Assembly: GCF_009914755.1 (NCBI RefSeq)
Contig: NC_060934.1
Reading direction: 5' to 3' (one strand)
Source: the human T2T-CHM13v2.0 reference genome, Homo sapiens
DNA length: 64,000 bases
Position 1 is the stretch's first letter; each line of letters starts with the position of its first letter. Both the position numbers and the translations under genes were made by a program. Under the pieces are notes generated by a model. The model did not search any database and had not been told where the DNA came from. It worked only from the letters and a program-made list of their open reading frames with translations. Positions 44,545 through 58,895 of the stretch are shown in pieces.

Positions 44545-44781
44545 GTGCCTCAGCCTCTCGAGTACCAGGGACTACAGGCGCGCACCACCACGCCTGGCTA
44601 ATTTTTGTATTTTTAGTAGAGACAAGGTTTTGCCATGTTGGCCAGGCTGGTCTTTAACTCCTGGCCTCATGTGGTTTTGCCATGTTGGCCAGGCTGGTCT
44701 TTAACTCCTGGCCTCATGTGTTCCGCCTGCCTTGGCCTCCCAAAGTGCTGGTATCACAGGCTTGAGCCATCGCGGCTAGCC
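44545..44781 (-). mobile_element. AluS lacking its 3' end, with a perfect 47-bp internal tandem duplication
   Basis: Begins abruptly at gtgcctcagcctc with no tail; 44626-44672 is identical to 44673-44719. Confidence 0.88.
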
Positions 44782-46042
44782 GTAACTTTATATTCTATAC
44801 TTAAAATTTGCTTCATGATAAGCTGATAAATCCTGTTTGTAATTTCTGCATTTTGTATTTGTACTTTTTCATTCATTTTAAATCTTCTTCATGTAAAACA
44901 AATATTTTGTACTCCAATGCAGTGTTCAATATTAACTTGTAATTTCTGAAAATTTTACTGAGAAACCACTGGAATATTTAGAAATTCAAATAAAATAGGT
45001 GTTATGCATATTACATATAATGAAGACTTCACAGTTCATAATAAACATCTATTTTAAAATTACATGGCCACAGATTCAACCCATGGGCCCAAAATTTGCA
45101 ACAGAGCAGGAAGACTTGTATTTTAATATGCTAACAGTACAAGTCATTTGACCTAGAGATAAAACAATTTAATATTTTAAGAACACAGGGTTCACGAAGC
45201 AAACTTGAACTTACTGTAAAATGAACTTACTGTAACATGATTTCAAATATGAATAGTGTATAAGAAGTCTATTCATCTTTTAATTTCTAAATTTAATGGA
45301 AAGTCAAAGGAAAGTAATAGCAGGGCAATTGAAAATTAAATCTGAATGTCGAATCCTCTGTAAATTCTGACAATTTTACTGCCTACCTAATAAATTTACA
45401 AACAGAAACAAAAAGCTCTATTACAAAAATTTTTAAAAAAACCTTTCTTATTGCTTTCATAGTAAAAGAGTATGTCGAGGCAAATATAATTCAATTTATA
45501 AATGTTTTACCTTGGAAAATAAATTTATAATTTTCAAAATAGACTGGATATATAGGGCTATGATGAAAGTAATTATTACCAAACAAAATGCCTTTAGTAT
45601 TGTTATAATGACACTAATTGTAAAGAAGACTGTATTTATGGACTAGAATGGTACTATTTGTACATGGGACAATAAGATCTGTCTCCTCGAATTTATATAA
45701 TTGTAACATGTTAATATAAACAACCCTCAAAAAAACAGTGTCTGTCCTCAGTGTCCTTCATTTAAATTGATGGTATTTTGGAGCTCTCCCTCGTGCTCTC
45801 TCTCTCTCTGTATGTGTATGTGTGTGTGTTTAAAAACACACATATGTATATATCACATATGTATACACATGCACACATATATAGTTATTTTTATATTTTA
45901 TAACATGATGTATTTTGTGTCATGAGTACCAACTTACAAGTTTGCTAAAAAGAAATGGCTCCAACACCAGTAAAATTTCAGTGAAATAGTCTTGCTGCAT
46001 GCAGCTATACTACCTAAAATTTCAGGATTTGTTAGCCAGACT

Positions 46043-46292
46043 CAAATACTGCATGTTCTTACTTATACGTGGGAGCTAAATAATGTGTACACCTGGACAT
46101 AGAGAGTGGAATAACAGTCACTGGAGACTCAGAAAGGTGGGAGGGTGGGAGAGGGTGAAGGATGAGAAATTACCTAATGGGTACACTATTAGGGCGATGG
46201 TTACAGTAAAATTGGGAATTTACCACTACACAATACATCCATATAACAAATCCACTTGTAACCCCTAAATGTATAAAAATAAAAAAAGTAAA
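46043..46292 (+). mobile_element. L1PB-type 3' end
   Basis: gggagctaaataatgtgtacac...gatgagaaattacctaatgggtaca...cccctaaatgtataaaaataaaa. Confidence 0.8.
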
Positions 46293-46819
46293 AATAATCA
46301 TTGATAAAATTTTCTTAGCTTAGGCAGCAGAAAGTAATTGAGCATGACCAAAAACGTTTATGCCAATAGAGCAAAGAGAAAAACTGAGTACACATAATAA
46401 AATTTATCTTTTGAAGTTCACACCTGGACTAAATTATTAGACATACATAATTTTTAATCATTGAAAAAAACCAAGCCACCATGTATTTATATTCTTAAGA
46501 ATAATATTTCTAAAATGTGTATGCTAGATTACTTTTGTCTACATAAAATTATACATATTTTTAACCCTTGCGATGTTTTGATGTGAATTGTGGTTCACAA
46601 AATATACTGGGAACTAAGTAAAAAAATTACAACAGGTAAATGACACAGATCTGATCAGGACTGAGATGAAATATTGTGGAAGCATCCATGGTCAGAGATT
46701 GCAGTGATTTTTATCTGAAGAGTTGGCCCCAAAACAATTTACTATACAGGATGATTAACATTACAATTCCATTTTGAGATAATTTGGTAAAATGTTAATA
46801 TTATGAATTGCCCACTTGC

Positions 46820-47492
46820 TTTTTTTTTTTTTTTTTTAACATGGAGTTTGTTTCTGTTGCCCAGGCTAGAGTGCAATGGCACAACCTCAGCTCACTGCAA
46901 CCTCCGCCTTCTGAGTTGAAGCAATTCTCCTCTGTTGGGAGAAAAGCTGAGTGTTGGGAGAAAAGCTGAGTGTTGGCAGAGAAGCTGAGGCAGGGCTTGC
47001 ATGTCTGTGAGACTTGCTGGCTCCTTGCTTCTAGCACTCCCCTTATCTCAAGCAGACATATGTTTCTCATTCACTTGATACACTGTTTCCTTTCAACCCC
47101 CACATCCACATCACCTTTTTTGTTTGTTTGGGCACCAATAAATAGCATGGGCTCCCAGAGCTCGGGGCCTTTGCAGCTTCCACACTCGTGATGGCCCCCT
47201 AGTCCCACTTTCTCTCTCAAATGTCTTTTTCTCATTCCTTTGACTCTGCTGGACTTCGTCGCCCCCACTACCTGGTGTTGGGTCTGATCACCCCAACATT
47301 CCTGCCTCAGCCTCTCAAATAGCTAGGATTACAGGCACGCGCCACCACGCATGGCTAATTTTTGTATTTTTAGTGGAGATGGGGGTTTCATCATGTTGGC
47401 CAGTCTGGTCTCGAACTCCTGACCTCAAGTGATCTGCCCACCTCAGCCTCCCAAAGTGCTGGGATTACAGGTGTGAGCCACCGTGCCTGACC
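46820..47492 (-). mobile_element. AluS split by an LTR insertion
   Basis: The two Alu halves rejoin at aagcaattctcctg|cctcagcc. Confidence 0.9.
46933..47298 (+). mobile_element. LTR14A-like solo LTR (HERV-K14/HML-1)
   Basis: TGTTGGG...CCCCAACA termini, start tgttgggagaaaagctgagtgttggg, AATAAA, and a degenerate 6-bp TSD (ctcctc/ttcctg from Alu ctcctg) typical of betaretrovirus-like ERVs. Confidence 0.85.
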
Positions 47493-47903
47493 CCAACTGC
47501 TATTTTTTAAAAATATGGTTATTTTTCATGAACCACTGATGGAATTGTAATACACGCATATCTCTTTGCAAAGTTATTAGAATGTATTTGTTTTTCCCTC
47601 TGTTTTTCTTTTAAAATATTCCCAAATCATTTACATCTAATTATTAATGTTCTGTATTATGTGTAAAGATGAAAAATTGTAAAAATGTAAATGGCCAATA
47701 GTCTTTTATAATGTGTTTAATATATAAAATGCTTTGTGCTTCTTGCTTTTTAGAAAAATACCATTAAATGCAAATGGACCAAGGAATACAAAAACTTTAT
47801 AATTTTATCCATTTACAGGCATCATTAACACATTGGTGTTTGTTCCTTTATGTTTTTTTGATGTACATATGTATATACATATATGTACATACACACATAT
47901 ACA

Positions 47904-48090
47904 TATAGGATATTATGATCCTAGTTTACTGAAAGAATACACATATGTATACATATAAAAATACATAAGAATACACACACATATATACACACATATGCAT
48001 ACACATACATATGTGTGTGTATTCTATGTATTCATATATGTATATGTGTGTGTGTATTCTTCCAGCAAACTAGGATCATGCCATCCTATA
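47904..48090. repeat. 187-bp imperfect palindrome (fold-back)
   Basis: tataggatattatgatcctagtttactgaaagaatacac... pairs with ...gtgtattcttccagcaaactaggatcatgccatcctata. Confidence 0.88.
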
Positions 48091-48550
48091 GCTTTGTAAT
48101 CCATTTTTTTGTCATTAGCCAGCCATTAAGAATTTTTTTGTTTTAACCATTTTCTATTTTAAACATCATACAACAGAAAGAGTAGGATAAAAATATCATA
48201 ATGATCAGGTAAAATTATTTAAAGAGATATATTTTTTTCTTTGCATCATCATCTCCTTTTTCTCTTTTCTTATTCGTTAAATCTTTGTTTTTACAAATCC
48301 CTGTGCTAAGGGCTGATACTCGGTAGACTGCAGGGAGGAAACTGCTCTGCCACTTAAAAAACACTGACCAAGAAGCAGGTCATCTACACTAGTTCCTCAC
48401 AAATGTCCTTTGTATGGCAGGAAGGAAGATATGTATGTTTTTAAGTGAATACATACACATCTATAAATTGTTGTAAAATAACCCCCAGAGAACACCAACA
48501 TTACCAAAGCTTGAAAGATAGTTTCTAAATAACATTCACATTTAAAAGGC

Positions 48551-48845
48551 TTTTGTTTTGTTTGAGATGGAGTCTCACTCTCTTGCCCAGGCTGGAGCGC
48601 AATGGTGTGATCTTGGCTCACCACCACCTCCGCCTCCCAGGTTCAAGCGATTCTCCTGCCTCAGCCTCCCGAGTAGCTGGGATTACAGGTGTGTGTCACT
48701 GCACCCGGCTAATTTTTGTATTTTTAGTAGAGACGGGCTTTCACCATGTTGGCCAGGCTGGTCTTGAACTCCTGACCTCAGGTGATCTGCCCTCCTCGGC
48801 ATCCCAAAGTTCTGGGATTACAGGCGTGAGCCACTGTGCCTGGCC
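48551..48845 (-). mobile_element. AluSx
   Basis: Full dimer; source of the 206-aa ORF. Confidence 0.92.
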
Positions 48846-51421
48846 TGTTTTTGTAAAAAAACAAAACAAAACAAAACAAAACAAACTGGTTTGTTTTTAT
48901 TTGATTTGGCCAAAAAATAGCACTGCTCAATCTGTCTTTAACTTACTTGCCTTTGGCCAACTTGCTCTAAACCAAATTGTTCTTCAGCCAAATCTGCAGG
49001 GGCTGACACTGACAACTACTGGGGCGATTAAATGCAGGTTGAGTTTTGTACTGAAAAGGAGTAAGAGACAGAAGACTATATTTGAGGAAGATCTGGGAAA
49101 TGTAAGAAATCATCTGAAAGTTGACTCAGTGCCCTGCTCTGTTTTACACCCTTTAACAAAGAGGGTATCATAAAAATTTCTTAATTCTGGTAGTTAGAAA
49201 GAATAAAAGTCATTCCGTGGGTGCCATTTCTAAACCATGGAAGATTAAATTAATGACCCCAAATCACACAGTTGGTGAGCAGAACATATAGTCTTTAACT
49301 CCAAGCCCCCATGCAGAGTTCGCCAAAAAACTGACTGTACTGAGAAAAGTATGTGGTGGGCTGAAGATTATTATCAGGTTCCTTGGTTCAGAAACAGATA
49401 ATACCTGTACTGAACAGATAGCTTTCATTAAAAATTACAATCTAATATTTCTCACATTTTTCCCTCTGTGTAGATACTGTTAAGTCCAGTAGGAATTAGA
49501 TTAAGACAAGCAGCTTTATCTCTACACCTCTTTTTCAGGACAAAGCAGAAGACAAAACTGGCAGGACACAGAGTTGCTTGTATCCTTATTAGTGATGCTA
49601 CTTCATTAAATTTCATGTTGAAAGATAATTCAATGATTTAATTGCATTTAATGCTAATCAGACCCTTATAAATGTAGGTGAGATACACATTCTCATTGTA
49701 TTATTTTTCATTTCTCATTAGTTACCCCTAATTTTCATGATGATTACTAACATAATATACCATTAATACTCTCAGGAGGTGGCAGAAAAGATTATGTGTC
49801 ATGCTGTGATTCATTAATGCCAGAGAAAGAGCTGCTTCGTTTTTCAATATTTTATAGGTAATTCATTCTTTAATAATGAAAAATAAATTTTCTGCCATTC
49901 AGAACTTTCTATCAATACATTTACTTTGAAAAATGGCAATGTTGACCATACCTATATACAATGGGGTACTTATGGTCTCTCTATAAACATTCTTAACTTG
50001 CTGGCCTTTCCCAGGCTGGGCTTATTTTTTATATAGATTGTGCCCCCTCCTTCTAAAGAAAACTTATTTAATAAATTTCACTGCCTTTTCCCTTTTTTCC
50101 TACTTTAATTAAGAGAACTTCAAGATTTATTTCCACTTAGCAGATGTACATTAATTAGTATAATATAATTTCACTCCATTTTATGATATACTGTGGTATA
50201 AGGACCAAAAAACCTTCAATATGCCTTTTAAAAAAAAGAAATATTATTTTAAAAACTGTTCTCTGGATAAATTTATACTGATACTGCTTGAAGACTGTTT
50301 GAAGTGTTTCCAGCTGTGCTGTTAGGGTTTGTTTCTCAGGACTTCATGCCTGTACATATAGAGATAATTATTTATTTTTTCTTAAGCTTACCATACTCCC
50401 AGAAAGAAAAATATCAAGCTACAGATAACCATTGACAACAAGAAAATTCTATGCAAAAATACTTTATAACATGGTGCTAAGATAATACTACTCATTTAAA
50501 ACATATAAATATGCCTCACACATTTTAATCTGGTCAGTATTCATATAAGAGAACCAACTATCTCATTTAACATATACAAGGATTTAGAAAAGTTATATTG
50601 AGTATTCCTCAGTGGAATAATATTTTCATGTAAATAATACACTAAGGTGTATCTCAAAGAGAACTCATCTGGTGACTTAATGGAGGAATCTATTATGTTG
50701 TATTCAGCTTCTTATAATTATTCCTTATTCTACTATTAAGAAGACAAATTAGCATTCTATACTAATGCTGAAGGTGAATTCTGGAAAGAGAGGCCCAGTA
50801 TTCAGTTTTAAGGGCAAAGAAAAATGGCTGTGTGTTCAATAAAACTGTGTTTTTAATAACATGTATGCACTGTGCATGCTGTTTGAAACATTTTGATTTT
50901 GAGATTACTATCATCTTACAGGGAAAAAGAACAACTCAGGTAACAGGTAACAATGACTATTGAGAGATCTATTGAGAGAATGTCTATTTAGAGAATGTCT
51001 AAGTTCAGAGAGAGGAACGAACCGTGCTCAGTGCTTTATGTGCATTTTCTCATTTATATTCAGATAAAATTCATTAGCTAGTGTTGTCATCACTCTGCAG
51101 ACCTGTTGCTTACAGAAATTAAGAAACCTGTCCACTCCTGGTTACACAGCCCACTCATGGTTAAATAAAACCTCACATTTGTCCTTATTATGCTTTTGGA
51201 AAACGGTTAGACTTAAATATATCAAAACTTTATTTTTATAATGTCCTTTATATATTATATTCATTAACCTTTCTTTCACAGTCTTCCGATTTAGCATACC
51301 CATAACATTTGGTTAAACTTTAATCAACATTGACTTAAATAAAATGTTCTTGTAGTAATTCCTATCATGACTTCATGTTTTTGGGGCAGGAGCTGCTAGT
51401 CGTTTCCTGCCCACATGTATG

Positions 51422-51452
<31 letters not shown>

Positions 51453-52437
51453 GGCACCTTTGGGCTCAGCCGCATCTTACACTCATATCTTAGCTCTGAA
51501 CCAGAATATTGAGCCCAAAAAGAGCCCATTCCTCAAAAGAGGTTGTTTCAGTATCAACTGGTCTTGTTCTATTCAAATGTTACTTAATCTCAAAGTGAAT
51601 ATGTTCAGAGCTCACTGCCTTCTGGGTCTGGAAGCCACACTGTTTACTTTTTCCTATGATGTTTGTTCTCTGCTGAGTGTCGAAATCCCTCCAACTGCCT
51701 TTTCTAAGATGCAGGCTGTTCCCTTTCACTTATTTTTATTGCCCATTTTGGGCTCTTTATCAACGCCCTATATTATAAAACATCAGCAAGGACTGTGTCT
51801 GTGCTTACGTTTTTGAAGGATTTATGAATCTGTTTTTGACATGTTGGCATGATTATGCAATTTTTTCAGGTCCAAATGATACTATACTAGCTCATGATCC
51901 TGGATTCTGAAACCAAGAACCAAAGTAAACACATATGCTAGTTCATACTGACTTTCATTCTCCCTACCACCCTGTCTTTCAGATCCAACCTAAGGTATTT
52001 GATTACTGGCACCTCTCAGCTACTACCACCTGTAATATAGTATTTCGTCTTCCTAAAACATGCATTCTTGCTATAAATGACAAGAACACTATGTGGCATT
52101 GTTTTACCAAGCATTAAATATCGAGAATTCCTTAACATTAAGTAAAGAGAAGACTAATATTTAGATGGAATAAACTATGCTAACCAATAAGAAAAATACT
52201 AGCTTATCCCCTTTTGTCAGAATTATTTTATCTTCCATGAAGAATAACTTAAAATTAACAGAAAGTTGAATAATCTTTTTCCTTTTCCTTTTAATTTCAA
52301 GCTTGTTAAACATTTTTAGAAATGTAATATACATTTCTAAAATTGTGTCTCTACAGCTTCACGTTTCTTCTTTGTTTCTACAGTACTCTCATGAAAATTC
52401 AATTCTCTTCCCTGTATTTTTAAAAACTCATTAAACA

Positions 52438-52760
<323 letters not shown>

Positions 52761-53034
52761 CTAACTCCTAAAACATAGGTAATAAAAGAATACAGGATCT
52801 TCAAAAAAAGAAAACAGTCATTAAAAACTACAGAAATACTATAATAATTTGACATCTACTCCTTAATTTGGCAGTGCCATACACCATGGGTTGTAAGAAA
52901 GAAGAGAATATATAGTTTAAAAAATGCTATTAATACTTTTCTCCAGCCCCTAACCCAACCCACTCATGCAGTTTTTCTTCATAGAAGAAGAGATTTTGCT
53001 GGTTTGTTTAAACACAGACCAAAAATATGTTCAC

Positions 53035-53493
53035 CTCTGCTCAATATTGTATAGCTGACATTCTCTTTAAATATATCTGTAGACCAATTGGATACAAATA
53101 AACATTCCAACACTATATATACATATATATATATATATATGTATATATGTACGTATATATATGTACGTATATATATATACGTATATATACATATATATAT
53201 ATATTCCATATCAGTTGTTTGGGGTTTCTTAATATTACAAATTTGTCTTACAAATTACATAGGAGTAGAAATTCTAGGTAAGGAGATATGCATAAGTTCA
53301 GATGTAATAGATAGATAATATCAAACTTTTTCCAAAATGTCTTACTAATTTTTATCCCCTCAGCAATATCTGAGAACTTCAGTCGCTTCACAATTTGATT
53401 TTGTCTGTTTTTTTTTTTTTTTTTTTTTTAGTCATTGTGATGAACATGTGTTGGTTTCTTATGGTTTGTTTTCAATTCCCTAGCAGTTAAGTT

Positions 53494-53538
<45 letters not shown>

Positions 53539-54960
53539 CTGTGGAAATTGATAAGCTGATTCTAAACCTTATTTGGTAATGAGCACACAGAGAGAGCCAA
53601 GAGAAGCCAACAAACCTTGAAGACAAAAAAATAAGCAGAAGACTTACACTATCAGATATTATAAAACTATAGTAATTCAGATAGCAGAATGATGCAAAGA
53701 CAAACAGGTCAATGAAATAGAATAAAGTATTCAGAAATAAGCCTTTACATCCATGACCATTTGACTTAGAACAGAGAGAACACGTCAAGTAGAGTGGAGA
53801 AAAAAAATGGTCTCTTTAGAAAATGATGCTGGTCAATTAAATATCCACATGGGAAATAAAAAAAAAAAAATCTTGACCTCCTACATCACTCCAAACACAC
53901 AAAAAAATCCCATATGGACTGTAAATCTAAACATAAAATATGAAATAAAATTTTTGGAAATAAACTTAAAAAAGTCATGTTTTTGTGTTACTCAAAGAGC
54001 TTTTAAACAAGACAAAAAGTTGCTCAACATGAAAAAATAATAAATTGTATTAAAAGTTTCTGCTCATGAAAAAGCATAAAAAATAGGGTGAAAATGCAAG
54101 CCATACCTTGGGAGACGATATATCCAATACATATATTGAATAAAGATATGCAATCCAGAGTATATAAAGAATTCTAAAGACTTAATGAGAAAACAAAACA
54201 AACAACAGAATGTCCAGAGAAAAATGTTAGAAAGAGACCAAAATAGTCGCCACATAAAGAGGATACAAATACTGGCAAAAAATATATAAAGAGACATTTG
54301 ACTATCTTAACTACTAGGGAATGGTAAACGAAGCACAAGAAACCATCACATGTTCATCACAGTGACTAAAAAAAAAAATCAGACAAAATCAAATTGTGAA
54401 GCAACTGAAGTTCTCAGATACTGCTGAGGGGATATAAATTAGTAAAACATTTTTGAAAACAGTTTGATATTATCTATCTATTAAGTCTGAACTTATGAAT
54501 ATCCCCTTACCTAGAATTTCTACTCCTAAGTATATTTGTAATATTAAGAAACCCCAAACAACTTATATGGACAGTATATAGGATATATTAACTGTAATAT
54601 ATTTGTACAATGAAATTCTCTAGAGCAATGAAAATGAATCAATTATTACTACATGCAATAATAACATAGATGAATCTCACAAATATAGTGTGAGAAAATG
54701 AATCTAAACAAAAAATACAATTTTCCTAAGTCTATAAAAATATCGTAAACAAGAAAAACAAATTTATGGTTGGAAGTCATACTAGTTATTCTTACGGGGA
54801 TGTGGAGCAGGAACTGGTAATGCTCTGTTTCTTGACCTGGGCACTGGTTACACTACCGTGTTCACTTTGTAAATATTTATCTAGCTGCACACTTAGAATC
54901 TGTGTGATTTTGCATATGCAGGTTGCATTATGTATGCAGCTTGTAATAAAAATTATACAT
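53035..54960 (+). mobile_element. Old L1M (L1ME-like) ORF2/3'UTR, interrupted at 53113-53535
   Basis: ctcaatattg...aaacattccaaca resumes as gtggaaattgataagctgattctaaa, contiguous in L1 ORF2; ORF 53807..54040 is L1 ORF2-like. Confidence 0.75.
53205..54571. repeat. Inverted duplication, arms 53205-53491 and 54306-54571
   Basis: Arms are reverse complements at ~90% identity by eye; the left arm is sandwiched between (TA)n tracts 53113-53204 and 53496-53535. Confidence 0.92.
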
Positions 54961-54976
54961 CAAAAATATTCTTTTA

Positions 54977-55276
54977 GGCTGGGCACAGTGGCTCATGCCT
55001 GTAATCCCAGCACTTTGGAAGGCCGATGCAGGCGGATCACAAGGTCAGGAGATCGAGACCATCCTGGCTAATACGGTGAAACACCATCTCTACTAAAAAT
55101 ACAAAAAATTAGCTAGACTTGGTGGCACATGCCTGTAGTCCCAGCTACTCGGGAGGCTGAGGCAGGAGAATCGCTTGAACCTGGAGGCGGAGGTTGCAGT
55201 GAGCTGAGATGGTGCCACTGCATGTCCAGCCTGGGCGACAGAGTGAGACACTGTCTCAAAAAAAAGAACAAAAAAA
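54977..55276 (+). mobile_element. AluSc/Y-like
   Basis: Full dimer; TSD aaaaa(t/-)attctttt. Confidence 0.9.
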
Positions 55277-56486
55277 TTCTTTTGATATCAGCATTCAACA
55301 TATCTTGGGGTCTATTGGCTTCAGGTGTTGATAGTCTTTCAAATTACTATGAGCCTCACTGACTTTTGTCCTTTTCTAGATTACTGGGTTTCTAAGAGAC
55401 CATAAATGTCTAGGGGGAGAAATCCTGGAAATGAGTAAAATGAAACATTATTAAAGAGAGAATTATCTTTATAAAAACTAGTGTAGCTACCACATAAAGT
55501 TTCTGGATCAACTTGATGGAGATGCCTAGTTTAGATGTTATTTTTGTTCACTAGAATGCATTTTTGTGAATCCAGGCATTTCATTGCCTGTTTTTGAAAA
55601 AAAAGGAAAAATAAAAAAATTTTAAAGTCTCTGCAATTCTCAGATTTTCAGTGAATTACAACTAACCAGTGCAAATTGTATTCTCTTTATGCATAAAATC
55701 TCTCTCCAGGCCTGCGGGTTTCCCTTAAGGTAAATTAATTGAAACTAATAGGAAGAATCATTTATTTCTTATGGCTTATTTGGAACTAAACTTTCTTCAT
55801 AACGCATTTTAAGGAACTCTTGTACTTTACCGTTCTTATTGGAAATATTGATAGACAATTCAAAATTAAGATACATTTATAGAAGTATGAATAAACAATT
55901 TTTAAAAGCTCATTTTCCTCATTTTTTCCCCTTATATTCGTGTTATAGATCTCCTGTGTCAGGTCAGTACAGCACAAAGTTAATGGAGGTTCAAGACATT
56001 ACAGGACATCTTCAGACAAAAGTAATTTTTATTTGCCCAATTTATCTTCTGAATTGTGCCTTGCAATGCAGCCTTCACTTTCAGAAAAATTCTGAGATTT
56101 TCAAAGGGAGAACCAAATGTCAGTATTCTTGCTCTACAGATGATGGAGGATGTGGCCTTTGAAACATAATATAGGAGAGTACACACAATCATCACTACTC
56201 TAAAACTTATAAAACCTCCTAAAAGTAAATGCAAGCTTACCTCCAAAAATAGTATTCCATACCTATACCTTGGATTGTTACACATTTAATCATCTGAGAG
56301 ATACAAAGACATTTAATAAATTTCTAATACTGCTAGAGTGCACTCAAACTTTAAAATATATGAGCCACCAGCAAGTTTAGGAAAGGCAAAATTATTTGGC
56401 CATTTACCAAATAAACTACTTTATTTTCATGTATCATGTCCAATGGCTCTTCAAATTCATAAAAAGTCCTTAAACTCTCTACTTTA

Positions 56487-57156
<670 letters not shown>

Positions 57157-58296
57157 TCATCGATTTTGAAACATCCAAGCTTCCCTCATTCTTCAGATAA
57201 TTATAGTCTGGGAAAAGTAGTCCGATTTCTATTATAAGTAATACGAATTAAAGCAATTTTTAATTAAATTACATTCAAATTAATAGGCATAAATTGTTTG
57301 CTAGGAGAATGATATTTTTTGGTGTCCCTTCTACAATAACAAACAAACTGATTTGTGTGGAGAGGGGGAAGAAGAGTAAAACATATGCAGAATTATTTCA
57401 TTGTATACTCAACTGACATCTAAAATAGACTTCATCTTGTCCACTTATATTAAAAGAACATAACAAGAATGTTTTACTTGTTCAGACTAATAAGGAGAAA
57501 TGCTATGTATCAGCAACTGGTAATGTTTTTTATGGTTCTCAACTAGTACAGGAGAAAATGCAGGATTAGACTATTTGAAACGGAATATCAAGTTTCAGTT
57601 ATATAGGAGGAATAAGGTAAAGGGATATATTGTACAACATGGTGACTATAGTAACAGCGATATATTCTTTAAAAATAAAATACAGAATACAGTGTAGAAA
57701 CAGAATAGATTTTTTTGTAATCATCTGTCTGCATTTGTGCCACAGAATTTCAAAATGAATGTGAAGTATTTTCTAAAAATATATGATATAATCTAAAAAT
57801 AATTGAAAGAAAAGATGATAGAGAGTAAACGTAAAATATATAAAGGAAATCAGAGAAAGTCAGTATACCACAATTTGTATTGCATTCATCTTCTAAAATT
57901 GCCAAAGATGGATCAAATATTTGACTTTGAGTGTCGGTGGAAAAAAACAAAAGGAAAATATTAAGTACAGTATAGCCTGTGATCATATAACAAAAATAGC
58001 CCAGTTGTTCAGGAAAAAAAAAATCTTCACATTTGATGTCACCAGTGAGGCTAAATAAATGTAAAACTATGATACATGGATAACATTCATAAAGCTGTCA
58101 TCAAGTCTGAGTTTCTAATTTGGCAAGAAGTGAAACCCACAGGGAAGTCCAGGGTGATGTTATTCTGTGTTGTAATCAGCCCAAAAGAGTTTAATGTAAA
58201 ATGTATTTTACTAATTTGAAATGATCATTCATGCAACATATGTTAAACAGGTTAAAAGACATGAGTATATGTAAAAATAAATAAATAAAATTTTAA

Positions 58297-58895
58297 GAAG
58301 TCATTATATGAAAAAGGTACTTGCACACACGTTTATAGCAGCACAATTTGCAATTGCAAAAAATCTGGAACTAGCCTAAATGCCCATCAACCAATGAGTG
58401 GATAAAGAAAATGTGGTATATATACACCATTGAATACTAGTCAGCCATAAAAAGGATTGAAATAATGGCATTTACAGCAACCTGGATGGAGTTGGAGGCC
58501 ATTATTCTAAGTGAAGTAACTCAGGAATGGAAAACCAAATACTGTATGTTCTCATCTGCAAGTGGGAGCTAAGCTATGAGGACGCAAAGGCATAAGAATA
58601 ATACAATGAATTTTGGGGACTCGGGGGACAGAGTGGGAGGAAGGTGAGGGGTAAAAGACTACACAATGGGTACAGTGTATGCTGCTTAGATGACAGGTGC
58701 ACCAAAATCTCAGAAATCATCACTAAAGAACTTATCCATGTAGCCAAAAACCACTTGTTCTCCCCAAAATACTTTTTTGCTAAACTTTTTTTAAAACCCA
58801 GGGGTACAAGTGCAGGTTTGCTATATGGGTAAACTTGTGTCAGGGGGGTTTGTTGTACCCAAAAATTATTGAAATAAAATAAACTAAATTAAAAT
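58297..58895 (+). mobile_element. L1PB 3' portion with a nested ~85-bp antisense L1PA 3' end (58773-58858)
   Basis: L1PB 3'UTR flanked by TSD ataaataaaattttaa; nested ggggtacaagtgcaggtttgctatatgggtaaacttgtgtc flanked by ccaaaa. Confidence 0.85.

Noticed and set aside
48553-49173. Longest ORF in the track (206 aa)
   Set aside because: The first ~100 aa are the typical antisense-Alu translation (LTLLPRLE...[16 protein letters not shown]); the rest is read-through into intron with no domain or splice support.
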